Positions 36,360 to 48,300 of a stretch of 64,000 nucleotides of DNA are shown piece by piece (position 1 is the stretch's first letter; the number at the start of each line of letters is the position of its first letter). The notes below the pieces were generated by a model. It was not told the origin of the DNA. It did not search any database and saw nothing but the letters and a program-made list of their open reading frames with translations. Source of the stretch: a virus. The stretch covers positions 32,001-96,000 of IMG/VR virus record IMGVR_UViG_3300046660_000385; one strand, written 5' to 3'. The translations under genes were made by a program, and so were the position numbers.

Positions 36360-39300
36360 ATGGCAAACGACAACAAGGATCTGGGCGACTTCGCCGCGAT
36401 CACCCCTGGCACGCAACCCGACCTGGGCGAGTTCGCCAAGATCACGCCCAACGGCGGCAAGCCGCGCAGCGCGATCGGCGAGATCGGCAACCAGCTCAAG
36501 GCCGGTATGCTGGTCGACCTGCCGAAGATGGCGGGCCAGGCGATCCAGTACACGTCCGATCCTGGTCGTCCTGTCTATGAGTTCGGCAAGAGCATCGCCG
36601 ACTACGCGCGCGAGCAGGAAGCGCGCCCCGACCTGCAGCCGCAGGAATACGACCACAACATCGTCACAAACACGCTCGCCGCCGGCGCCCGCATGATCCC
36701 GCAGTCGATCATCCCGGCCGCCGGTGTCGGCCTGGTCGCGTCCGGCGTCGGCGCTGGCGCTGGCGGCGCGCTGCTGGCCGGTTCCGTGCTGGGCGCGGCC
36801 CCGGCCGGCATGGCGCAGGCCGAGGACACGCTGGAAAAGGCCCGCGCCAAGGGCGACATTTCCGAGCACGATGCGCTGGTGGCCGCCCGCAAGACCGGCC
36901 TGATCGAGTGGGGCGGCGAGACCGTCGGCAACTACCTCGGCGGCAAGATGTTCGGCCTGGCCGGGCGCGCGATCGGCAAGACCACCGGCACCGCCGCCGA
37001 GCGTGCGCTGCAGGAAGCGACCAACACGCAGGTGCTCAAGCCGTGGATGCGCCAGCTGCCCGAGACCATCATCGGCGAAGTCGGCACGGAAATGGGCCAG
37101 AACGCGGGCGAAGCCTACGTCGAGCAGCAGGCCGGGATCGACAACCACGCGCCGTGGGACGCCGCCAAGGAAGCGATTCTGCCGACCATCGGCATGACCG
37201 CGCTGCTGGCCCCGTTCGGCCTGGCCGGCATGGGCGTGAACGCGCACCGCCAGCAGCAACGTAACGACGTCCTGACCTCGCCGGATGCCGACCAGAACTC
37301 GCGCACCCGCATCGCCGCCGAGATCGCGCCCGAAATCGAGAAGGTCGACCGCCAGGCCGCGGCGAATTTCCGCGTCAACGCAGCCCGCGCCATTTCGTCG
37401 AACCAGCCGCTGACGCTGGACTCGTCGCTGTTCGCCGACCCGGCGGCCGCCCCGCCCGCGCCAAGCGCCCCCGCCGCCCAGCCGGCCATCAACCCGGCCG
37501 ACGCGCCGGACGCCGGCACCGACGTGGTGCCGCAGAACGCGATGACGGCCGCTGCCAGCCTGGTGCAGCCGATGCTGCCGATGCGCCAGGAGGGCGCCCA
37601 GAAGCAGGCCGAGGAACGCACCCGCACCACCGGCATCCCGCACGAGGTCGTGCCGCACCCGAGCGCGGCCGGCATGTTCGGCGTGCGCGCGGTCCAGGAC
37701 CCGGCGCTCGAACAGGGCGCAGCCCCGGCCGCCGAGGCGCCGCCGCTCGATCCTGCCGCGCCGGCGACCCCGGCCGCCCCGGTCGGCCTGCAGATCGGCG
37801 AGACCGTGCAGGCGACGATCAACGGCGAGGACGTGTTCCCGGAGGGCACCCGCATCACCGGGTTCTCGCCGAACGGCAAGTTCGTGCTGGTCGAAGGTTC
37901 GACCGCCGGCATCCCGATCGAGAACATCACCCGCCTCGACCCGGCCGCCGCCGCCGCGATCGAGCTTGGTGCGCACGAGGCCGCCACCAGCCCGCAGAAC
38001 GACCGCCCGGAGCCGTCCGAGGCCCAGAAACACGCCGGCAACTACAAGAAAGGCCCGGCCGAGCTGCAGGGCCTGCCGCTGATGATCGAGAACCCGGTCG
38101 GCTCGACCCGCACCGGCACCGACCCGGACGGCACGCCGTGGTCGACCACCATGAGCGACCACTACGGCTACATCCGTGGCACCAAGGGGTCCGACGGCAA
38201 GGAGCTGGACATCTACGTCGGCCCGAACCCGGCCAGCCACCATGTGTTCGTGGTCGACCAGATGAACCAGGACACCGGCGAATACGACGAGCACAAGATC
38301 ATGCTCGGCTACAACTCGCCCGAGCAGGCCCAGCGCGCCTACGAGGCGCACTACACGCAGGGCTGGCAGGGCGGCGAGAACGTCACCGCCACCACCGTCG
38401 ACGGCCTCAAGGAGTGGCTCAAGGGCGACACCACCCAGCCGTTCAATCCGGCCTACTACCCGGACATGCAGATCCCGGCCGGACCGGACCTGTTCAACAC
38501 CGAGCAGGCCGCGCCGCCAGCCGTCACCACCGAGGCCCCGGCCGCGCCGCAGCAGCCGCAAGACAGGGAGCAGATCGCCCGCGACACGCTGCGCGAGCTG
38601 GGCCAGATCTCGAACGATCACTTCGGCGGCAACCACCCGAACGCGATCGACTTCGGCACCGCCGACGGCACGTTCGCCGGCCTGGGCACCCTGAACATGG
38701 ACGAGCAGGGCAACATCGTCCTGCGCCGCTTTGCCTACAACGAGGACCATGTCCTCAAGAACGGCAAGCCCGCCAGCCTGCAGGAAATGATGGATGCTTC
38801 GCTGTTTTCCGGCTCGACCCCGGACGCCGGCGCGGTGCCGACCTCGGGCCTGGCTTCGTTCCATGACGCCTACAGCAAGCGTGCGTACGACGCGATTTTC
38901 CGCATCCAGCCGCAGGAACTGGTCGAGCTGGCCAGGCAGGGCAAGGCGGTGCTCGGCAACCTGAGCGAGGGCGAGGTCCTGCTGTCCGGCGACATCGCGG
39001 GCAAGTACCTGAGCGAACTGAACGGCAAGCCGGTCACGCCGGAAGAACTTCAGCGCCTGACCAAGCCGGCCGGGCGGATGCAGGGCGCGGCGCTGACCGA
39101 GGACGAGCTGAACGCCGCGTTCGACCAGGCCGAAAACGAGCTGGCGCAGGAGCAGAAGCCGCCCGCGCAGGAGCCGCAGGCCCAGGAACCGTCCGCACGC
39201 TGGGACAACGCTACGCCGGACGAGCGGATCGACATGCTGACCAAGGCCGGCCGAGGCGACGTCGCCGAGGACTTCGCCCATGTGGGCTGGGACGACCTGT

Positions 39301-42300
39301 CGCCCCGCGCCCAGGAAGCGCTGTCCAGGCCCGCCCAGCAGCCGCAGAGCGCCTACGAGCGCTACAAGGAGATCATGACGCGCGGCGGCAGCGGCACGGC
39401 CAAGCTGGTCGACGAGATCCGCCGCAGCGACGAGCTGACCGACGCCCAGGTGCAGGAGCTGGTCGGGCTGCCGAAGATCGACAAGGCCGCCGAGGAGAAA
39501 AGCCGCGCCGACAGCGCCGCGTTCGGCCAGCGCGCCGCCGAGATCCTGTCGACCCTGAAAGGCCTGAAAACCCCGGACGCCATCGCCAGCGCCCAGCAGA
39601 CCCTGTCCACGCTGGCCGACGACATGGACGCGGTGAACGACCGCTTCCGCAACCTGGTGCGCAAGGCCGCCGACGAGATCCCGGCGTGGATGCCGCACAA
39701 CCTCGGCCAGGCCGGTGACGCCGAGCGCCAGGCCGCCAACCGCGTCAAGAACACGCTCGAAGGCGTGGCCAACTTCGGCAAGAACGTCACCGCGCCGGAA
39801 CACGCCGGCAACGAATTCAAGGAATACGACCCGAACAACAGGTTCGAGCCGACCGCCTCGCCCGAGGACGCGATCGGCGAGGCCGAGATCGACGAGCGCG
39901 TGATCCCGCTCACGATGGACGCGAGCGACTTCAAGGAAGTCACCGACGAGTGGGCGTCGCTGTTCGCCGCCCCCGGCCAGAAGGTCATCACCGAGCAGCG
40001 CGCCAAGCAGGCCGGCGTCATGTCGCAGGAAGAAGCGGCCGCCCAGCTGGCCAAGTGGAAGGAACACGTCGCCAAGCAGGCCGAGGAGCACCGCGGCGAG
40101 AACTCCCAGCGCACGATCCTGTCGCTGTTCGACCTGTCGGGCGAGTGGTCCAAGCCGTGGCGCGAAGCCGGCTACAACGTCGTCACCTTCGACATCCAGA
40201 CCGGCCAGGACGTGAACGACTTCTCGGTCGAATACTTCACCGACGAGTGGGACCTGAGCGACGTCTACGGCATCCTGGCCGCCGCGCCGTGCACGGATTT
40301 CACGCACGCCGCCTCGCGCCTGTGGGCCGTGAAGGACGCCGACGGCCGCACCGAGGCCTCGAAGGAGCTGGTGCTGCAGACCCTGCGCACCATCGAATAT
40401 TTCCGTCCGAAGTTCTGGGCGCTGGAAAACCCGAGCGGCGGCCGGATCGAGAAAGTCACCGGCCTGCCGTCGCCGCGCCTGTCGTTCCAGCCGCACCACT
40501 TCGGCAACCCGGAGACCAAGCCGACCGCGCTGTTCGGCAAGTTCAACCCGGAGCTGCCGCTGGCGAACGTCGCCCCGACCGGCAGCAAGACCGACAAGGT
40601 CGGCGGCAAGAGCATCGAGACCAAGAACGAGCGCTCGGAGACCCCGGAAGGGTTCGCCTATGCGTTCTTCATGGCCAACAACTACATCGACCAGACCCCC
40701 GAGCAGCGCCTGGTCGGCGACTTCCCCGAGCTGTCCGGCGCCGTCAAGGGCGCGCTCAAGGCCGGCATGGACGAAGAAGCGATCCGCGACGTCGTCACCC
40801 GCACCTACGAGGACGGCGACCCGGATGCGGCCCGCAACGAGCTGGTGCAGGCCGTGGCCGACCACGTCAAGGAGAACGGCGCCCCGGCCAAGCCGGCCGG
40901 GGTCGACTACCCGAACCGCCGCCTGGGTTTCCAGAAGGCGGCCACGGACGAGGCCGACGCCTACAACGACCACGCCTGGGCCAACATCGCCGCGGCCAAC
41001 ATGAAGGTCGGCGACAAGTTCGAGCTGGGCGGCAAGCAGCAGAGCGTCGAGTCGATCAGCGACAAGACCCTGAAACTCAAGGATGCGGACGGCAAGACCC
41101 GCACCCTGAACCCGGACGGCGTGGCGTGGGACCAGTTCAAGCGCGACCTGGCCGGCCAGCTGGTGGTCGAGAACCTGCAGGCCAACAACATCATGAAGCC
41201 GGCGCGCCCGCTGATCGACATCCTGCGCCGCGATCCGGCCGCGCACGTCGACAGCAAGGGGTCCGTCTACCTGCGCGACGGCGGCCTGGTGCCGGCGGCA
41301 AAGCAGGAAGATGAGGAACAGGCGACCGCCTGGGCTGACGTCGAGACCGGCGACCGGATGGACGTCGTCGCCTATCGCGCCCGTCCGTTCGGCGCGAAGG
41401 AGGATGGGCACCCGAAGGGCGGCGTGTTCTACGCCGAGACCGAGGACGGCACCGCCGGGTACGGCGGTACGGCTGCCGAAGTCGTCAAGGAAAAGCTGTC
41501 GCTCACGAACGTCCTGGTGGTGGACAACAAGCAGGCGGCATTGACGAAGCTGTTCGGCAAGAACAGCGACGAGCTGGGCAAGTATTTCGATGCCCGCGAC
41601 GACGAGTCCAAGAACGCCGAGAGCGTGGCGGACGAGCTGATCGGCCCGGCGGCGAAGGCAGCCGGCTACGACGCCGTTCTCTACAAGCAGGACACCGACC
41701 TGTACGGCAACGCCACCCGCTCGCTGCAGGTGGTGCGCAATGTCGACAGCCAGGCCGAGCAGGCCAAGCCAGAGGCGCCCGCGCCGGCCGCGACCGAGGA
41801 CGAAGCCAAGCCCGGCAAGATCCGCTCGTTCAGCGAGGACGAGAAGCGCGCGATCGCCGGGATCTCGCTCGGCACCGGCACCCTGGTCAACCGCGAACTC
41901 GAACTGGGGCTGGGCAACTTCATCCGTCCGAACACGATCAAGGCGCTGCGCGAGAAACTGCTGGGAATGGACCCGGACAAGGTGCGGCCGTACATCGACG
42001 GCGCCGTGCGGCGCTACGAGCGCGAGCGTGCGGAAAAAGAGCCGGTCGTGCAGAACCAGCAGAAGATCCACGTCTACGACGAGAAGGAAGCCAAGCCGCT
42101 CCTGATTATCGCCTGCACCGAGGAAAAGCTGGCGGGCCGCCACGCCGTGATCGACCTGTACCAAGGGGCGATGTTCGACGTGCTGCGCAAGTGGCTGCCG
42201 AAGGGCGCGATCGACGTCTACGTCCTGTCGGCCAAGTACGGCCTGGTGCGCGCCGAAGCCGTCCTGCAGAGCTACGACGAGAAGATGACGGCCTCGCGCC

Positions 42301-45300
42301 AGAAGGAGCTGATCGCCGAGGGATTGGTCCCGAGCGACTTCAAGGGCAAGAATTTCAGCGAGGTCTACATCGCCGGCGGCCAGCTGTACGCCCCGGTGGC
42401 GCAGGTCTACGCCGAGCAGCTGCGCGCGGCCGGCTTCGTCGGCCCCGAGGCCGAGGTCAAGGGCACGGTCGGCTTCATCGGCCAGCAGCGCGGCCAGCTG
42501 GGCGAATACCTGCGCACCGTGCACGAGCGCCTGGGCACCCTGCCGGAACGTCCGGCGCCGCTCGAGGTGGGCGTGCGCGTGCGCATCAAGCGCCTGACCA
42601 AGGCCCCGGTCGCGGGCGTGTCGCTGAAAGACGCCAACCGCTTCGCCGGCCGCATGGGCACGGTCGAGCGCGAAATGATCGTCGGCGAGAACCGATATTT
42701 CATCGTCAACCTGGACGACACCCCGGAAAAGGTCGAGCGCCAGCAGGAATTCCACAGCGGTTTCCTCGACGTCCTGACCCCGGCCGAGCAGGCCGCGCCG
42801 GGCGAGCTGGCCGACGACGTCGAGAAGCGCAAGGCGCAGATCCGCGAGCAGGTCGAAGCCACGCTGGGCGCCGACAAGCAGCTGGTGGCGCAGGCTGACC
42901 TGGTCGGCACCGGCAACCGCTTCGTCGACTTCAAGGACAGCTACAAGGCCGCGTTCGAGAGGACGCTGGCCCAGATGGCCAAGGACGGGAAGATCGAGGC
43001 GCGCGACGTCCAGATGTTCACCGACAGCCTCGACAAGCTGCCCGGCTATCTTGACCGCGCCGCGCGCCAGTTCATCAACGACCACCACGGCCCGGACAAC
43101 CAGGAACTGTCCTCGCTCAAGCACAAGTGGGGTTATACCGACGAGAACGTACCGAAGGACGGCCGCTTCCCGGACTACGAGACCGCGCTGAAATTCGACA
43201 ACAAGCGCACCGGCAAGGAACAGTTCTCGTTCGAGATCCAGGTGGCGCAGGGACCGAACGGCCGCTGGGCCGTCTCGTCCGGCTACCAGCAGGGCGGCCA
43301 GACCGGCAACGCCACCGGCATCGGGATGATCCCGCCGGCGCTGACCTCGGAAGCGCACCGCACCCGCATGCTGGCCGTCGAGGCCGGCGGCGAGGCGATC
43401 CGCCAGCACCTGGCCGCGAACGGCAAGGAATCGCTGCGCACGACCGGCAATATCCTGACCGCGATCACCAAGCTGAAACTGCTGGGCGAGCTGCGCGACA
43501 AGGCGGCCGCGCTGGCCGCGCGCGCCGAGGCCGCCGGCGCAGAGAAGCTGGCCGGCCAGATCCGCGAGGTCGGCCGCGACATGCAGCCCAACGACGTCAA
43601 CCTGACCCGCAAGCGCGTCGACGAGACGATCGCCGGGCGCGAGAAACTGGTCCGCGCCGCCGAAAAGCGCGCGGAAAAGAAAGCCGCCGAGAAAGCCGCC
43701 AAGGCCGAACCGAAGGCCGACCCGAAACCGGAGCCGGTCGCGCCCGAAGCGCCGCAGCCGAAGCAGGACGCGCCAGGCACCCGCCGCTTCCCGAAGTCCG
43801 TGCGCACCGCGATCGCCACGCGCCTGCAGCAGGTGCTGGACGGTTTCAGCGCCGACCGCAACACCCGCGAAGGTCGCGCCCGGTCGATCATGCGCAGCGC
43901 GATCGAGGAGCTGGGCAAGGAAAAGACCGTCATCGACGTGGCCGACCAGCTGCGCGATGCGTCCAGCGACCTGTTCAAGCAGTTCAAGGTGCAGGCCGAC
44001 GTGCTCGACGAGATCGCCGACCAGCTCGACGCGGCCGAGAACCAGCAGGAGCAGGAAGTCCCGGCCGCGGTCGCGGAACCGGCCAGCCCGGCGAAATTCG
44101 ACATCGGCACCCCGCCCACGCTGGACTACCGCCTGCAGACGCGCGGCGGCACGCTGTACCTGATCCCGCCGGTCGGCAAAGGTTTTACGAAGGAAACCCG
44201 CGACGCCCTGCGCGACTGGCTCAGGAGCGCAGGCTACTTCTCCAACGCGACCGGCGACCACATGGTATCGGCCAGCCAGATCACCGGCGGTCCGTCCACC
44301 GACCTGATCCCTGACGGCGTCGAGGAACAGAAATACGGCAGGCTCGTCGCCAAGGAAAAGGCAAAGGACGACGGCGCCCTGGCCGGCTCGCGCCCGATGT
44401 CGCCCAAGCAGTTCGAGACCGACCTGAAAGATCACGGCAAGCTGCGCTTCGGCGAAGCGACCTACGAGGTCAAGCCGGCCGGCCGCGGCGGCTTCGGCCG
44501 CATCCAGGCCGACACCTATATTGTCGAAGTCAGCTATCCGCACAGCAACAAGCAGATCGGGTTCCAGCAGAACCTGTCGCTGCAGCAGGCGGTCGAGGCC
44601 GCCCGCGTTGACGCGTTCGACTGGTGGGACAACCGCCGCGTCAAGGAAGCCGAGTTCGCCAAGAAGCGCGAGAAGCTGGTGCGCGCCGGCCAGCGCGAGC
44701 TGTTCGGGCTGTTCTCGAAGGACCCGGATCTGATGAGGATCGCGGCCGACGCCGGCCTGCCGGTCGAGGTCGACGCCGCCGCGCGCCGCGCGATCGTGGA
44801 CTGGGTCGCCGCCGAAAAGGCCGTTGCCGACCTCGATCCCGACCGCAAGCTGATGCTGGACAACATCGTCATCGGCGGCCGCGTGACGTTCCCGTCCGAG
44901 TGGTTCGACTCGCTGCGCAAGTACCTGAAACGCGCGGTCAAGCGCGCCGAGAAGGAGCTGGACCGCGACCCGGCCGTGTACCAGGCCGAGCTGATCCGCT
45001 CGGCGCAGCTGGTCGGCCTGCCGCCCGAGAGCGTGGGCGTGTTCAAGCTGGGGTTCGACCACGCGCTGGCCGGCAAGACCAAGTCGACCCTGCCGCCGTC
45101 GACCATGATGGCGCAGGGCTATGACGCCGGCGCCGCGTGGATGAAATCGGACGAGGGCCAAGCCTGGTTCACCGGCCGCCGTGGCAAGAAGCTGGAAAAC
45201 ACCGGCGCCGACCTGCGCCGCTGGTTCGACGAATCCAAGCGCAAGATCAAGGAAGTCACGGCCGACAACCTGACCGCGTCCTACGAGATCATCAAGGGCC

Positions 45301-48300
45301 AGGCCTCGCGCGTGGAGGCGTTCGCCAACGTCGCCGGCCCCGGCGCCACGCCCGGCACCAAGCGCTACATCACGGCCGTGCGCGACAGCCTGCGTCCGTT
45401 CCAGGAATGGCTGCTCGAAAACGGCCCGCTGCAGACCCTGTACGGCGAGACCGGCTACCGCGAGAGCGAGTCGTTCAGGATCACCCGCTTCCTCGACGGC
45501 CGCGCCTACCCGATGACGTACGACGCCACCGGCAAGCGCGTCAGCATGGAGGACGCCACGGCGCAGGAACGCCTCGAGCTGCTGCAGGAGGCGGCCGCCA
45601 CCTACAACGCCCGCCTGCAGGGGCTGGCCGAGGCGATGAGCGGCGCGACCACGGTCGAGGAGGCCGCCCGCGCCTACCAGGGCTACCTCGTCAAGAACAA
45701 GGACGAGTACGTCTACAGCAGCACCCGCCTGACCGAGGCCGGCAAGGAAATCGACCGCCTGGTGCGCGGCCGCGTCCACGACCTGGAACCGGACACCCGC
45801 GAGGTCGAGAACCTCATCAAGACGCAGAACGAGCCGGACGGCCCGAGCAACCGCAAGCAGGCGCTGATGGTGCCGAAACTCGACCACGTCGTGCGCGAGG
45901 GCGAGAAGCTGCAGGATTACCGCAAGGGCGAGAACGTCACGCCGCAGCAGATGAAGGACACGTTCGGCTTCGCCGACGTCGGTTTCGGCAAGTGGGTCGG
46001 CGCCAAGCAGGACCAGGACCACCTGAACTACGCCTATGACGCGTTCATGGACCTGGCCAAGCTGCTCGGGATCGACCCCAAGCACATCGGCCTGGGCGGT
46101 TCGCTGCACTTCACGATCGGCGCACTCGGCCACGGCCGCCACGCTGCGCACTTCCAGGCCAGGCAGCCGCACCCGCACGGCGGCACCGTGCCGGTCATCA
46201 ACGTCACCAACACCAAGGGCGACGGCACCGTGGCGCACGAGTGGTTCCACGCGCTCGACCACGCGCTGAGCGAGCAGTGGCACGGCAGCAGCTGGGTCCA
46301 GCATGAGGCCGTGCAGCGCGTCGTCCGACTGCTGTCGACCAGCCGCGACATCGAGTTCTTGGTGAAGAAGCTGCCGCTGGCCGTCAGCGGCCAGTCGTTC
46401 ATGCGCTATGGCCGCCGCAACACGCCGATCCACAACCTCAAGACCGAGGCCGGCCTGATCGAGAACGCCGAGGCGGTCCTGCGCTACGACGCCGGCCGCC
46501 AGGGCGGCCGCCCGACCGACTACAAGAAGAACGCCGACGCGATGGGCGAGGACTACTGGGGCAACCCGAAGGAGCTGCTGGCGCGCGCCGCCGAGGCCTG
46601 GGTCCACGACACCCTGGGCGGCACCTCGAACTACCTGGTCAACCCGGCATGGGTCGGCGAGGGCAAGGTCAAGGCGCCGCAGTACAAGGGCGCGCCGTAT
46701 CCGATGGGCGAGGAAAGGAAACTGTTCAACGATGCGCTCGGCGCGCTGGTGAAGGCGCTGCGCTTCAACGACAAGGGCGTCACCCTCGACAAGGAAACGT
46801 TCGACAAGGAATTCCCGGACCTCGACCGCCAGTTCAAGGAAGCCTACGAATCCCTCAAGGCCCAGATCCCGTCGATGGTGCGCGCGCACCTGGCCGAGAA
46901 GGAAGCGCGCAAGGTGGCCCAGAAGTACGCCAAGGACGAGGCCGAGCGCGCCAAGCAGGCCGAGGCGCTGGCGGCCCAGAAGGCGAAAGAGCAGGCCGAG
47001 CGCGATGCCGCGGAGGCACGCCTGCGCGAGGAGCTGGAAAAGCAGCAGCAGCAGCCGGTCGAGCCGCCTAGCGGTCCGCTCTCCGAGGGCGACCTGGAAG
47101 CGCTGTTCGACCAGGCCGAAAGCGAGCTGGCCGAGGAGCAGCAGGAGCAGCCCGAGGCGAAAGACCCGGGCGAAGCCACCCAGGCCGACCACTGGACGCA
47201 GGAGGATTATCAGCACCTGCTCAAACTGATCGACGACGGCCAGGTGTTCCTGCTGGCCGATCCGTCGCGCGGCCTGTCGATCATCCACGACATGCCGGGC
47301 CAGTACACCGAGCACAAGGGTTTCGGCCTGTTCCACACCAAGACCCCCGAGTACGACGTCACCTGGGACGGCGGCGGCGAAATGCGCCAGACCCCGGGCG
47401 GCAAGTCGTACACGCTGGTGTCGATCAAGGAAGGGCGCGAAGCGTTCCTCAAGGCGATCAACTGGGACCAGGCCAAGACGAAGCTGCAGGCGAAACTGAT
47501 CGTCAAGACCGGCCCGAAAGCCGCGCCGACCCTGTCGGCCGAGCAGGAAAAGAGCGCCAAGCAGCTGATCGGCGAGGCCGCCAAACTCGGCGTCACCGGC
47601 ATCGAGGAGTCGCTGAAAGGCCTGATCCAGCTGTTCGGTGGCAACGCCCTGAAATCGTTCCCGGCCGGCTTCGACGAGGAGTCCTACAAAGCCGCGAAGC
47701 CGCACTTCGAGAAGGCGCTGGCCGCGTTCCAGGCCGCCGGCAAGACGCTGGTCGACCTGTTCAAGATGCTGATCCAGCACTTCGGCCCCGGCATCCGCCC
47801 GTACGCGATCCAGTTCGCCAAGGAGCAGGGCCTGTCGGCCAACCTGGCCCCGCCAGTGTCGGCGACCGAGAAGATCGCCAAGTGGGTCGAGCAGCGCCTG
47901 CAGGCGAAGGAGACGTTCGGCTCGGCGCCGCTGTTCAAGGTCGCCGACGAAGCGTTCGGCGGCACCCAGGCCGAGGGCAAGTACAGCGTCAAGGACGCCT
48001 ACGACGCGATGGAAGCGGGCATGAACCGCCACATCATGGCCCAGGGCATCACCCCGGATGGCGCCGCGACCGACGCCGTGCACAAGATCGAGGAGCTGGA
48101 CGGCTGGACCCAGCGCCTGGCGACCCAGACCCGCCGCACCGAGGAAATGGACGAGTACCAGCAGTTCTCGACCCCGCCGTCGGAAGCGTTCGCCGCGGCC
48201 TGGCTGGCCAACATCCGCCCCGGCGAAGTCGTGCTCGAGCCGTCGGCCGGCACCGGCAGCCTGGCGATCTACGCCAAGCTGGCTGGCGCCGACGTCGTCG

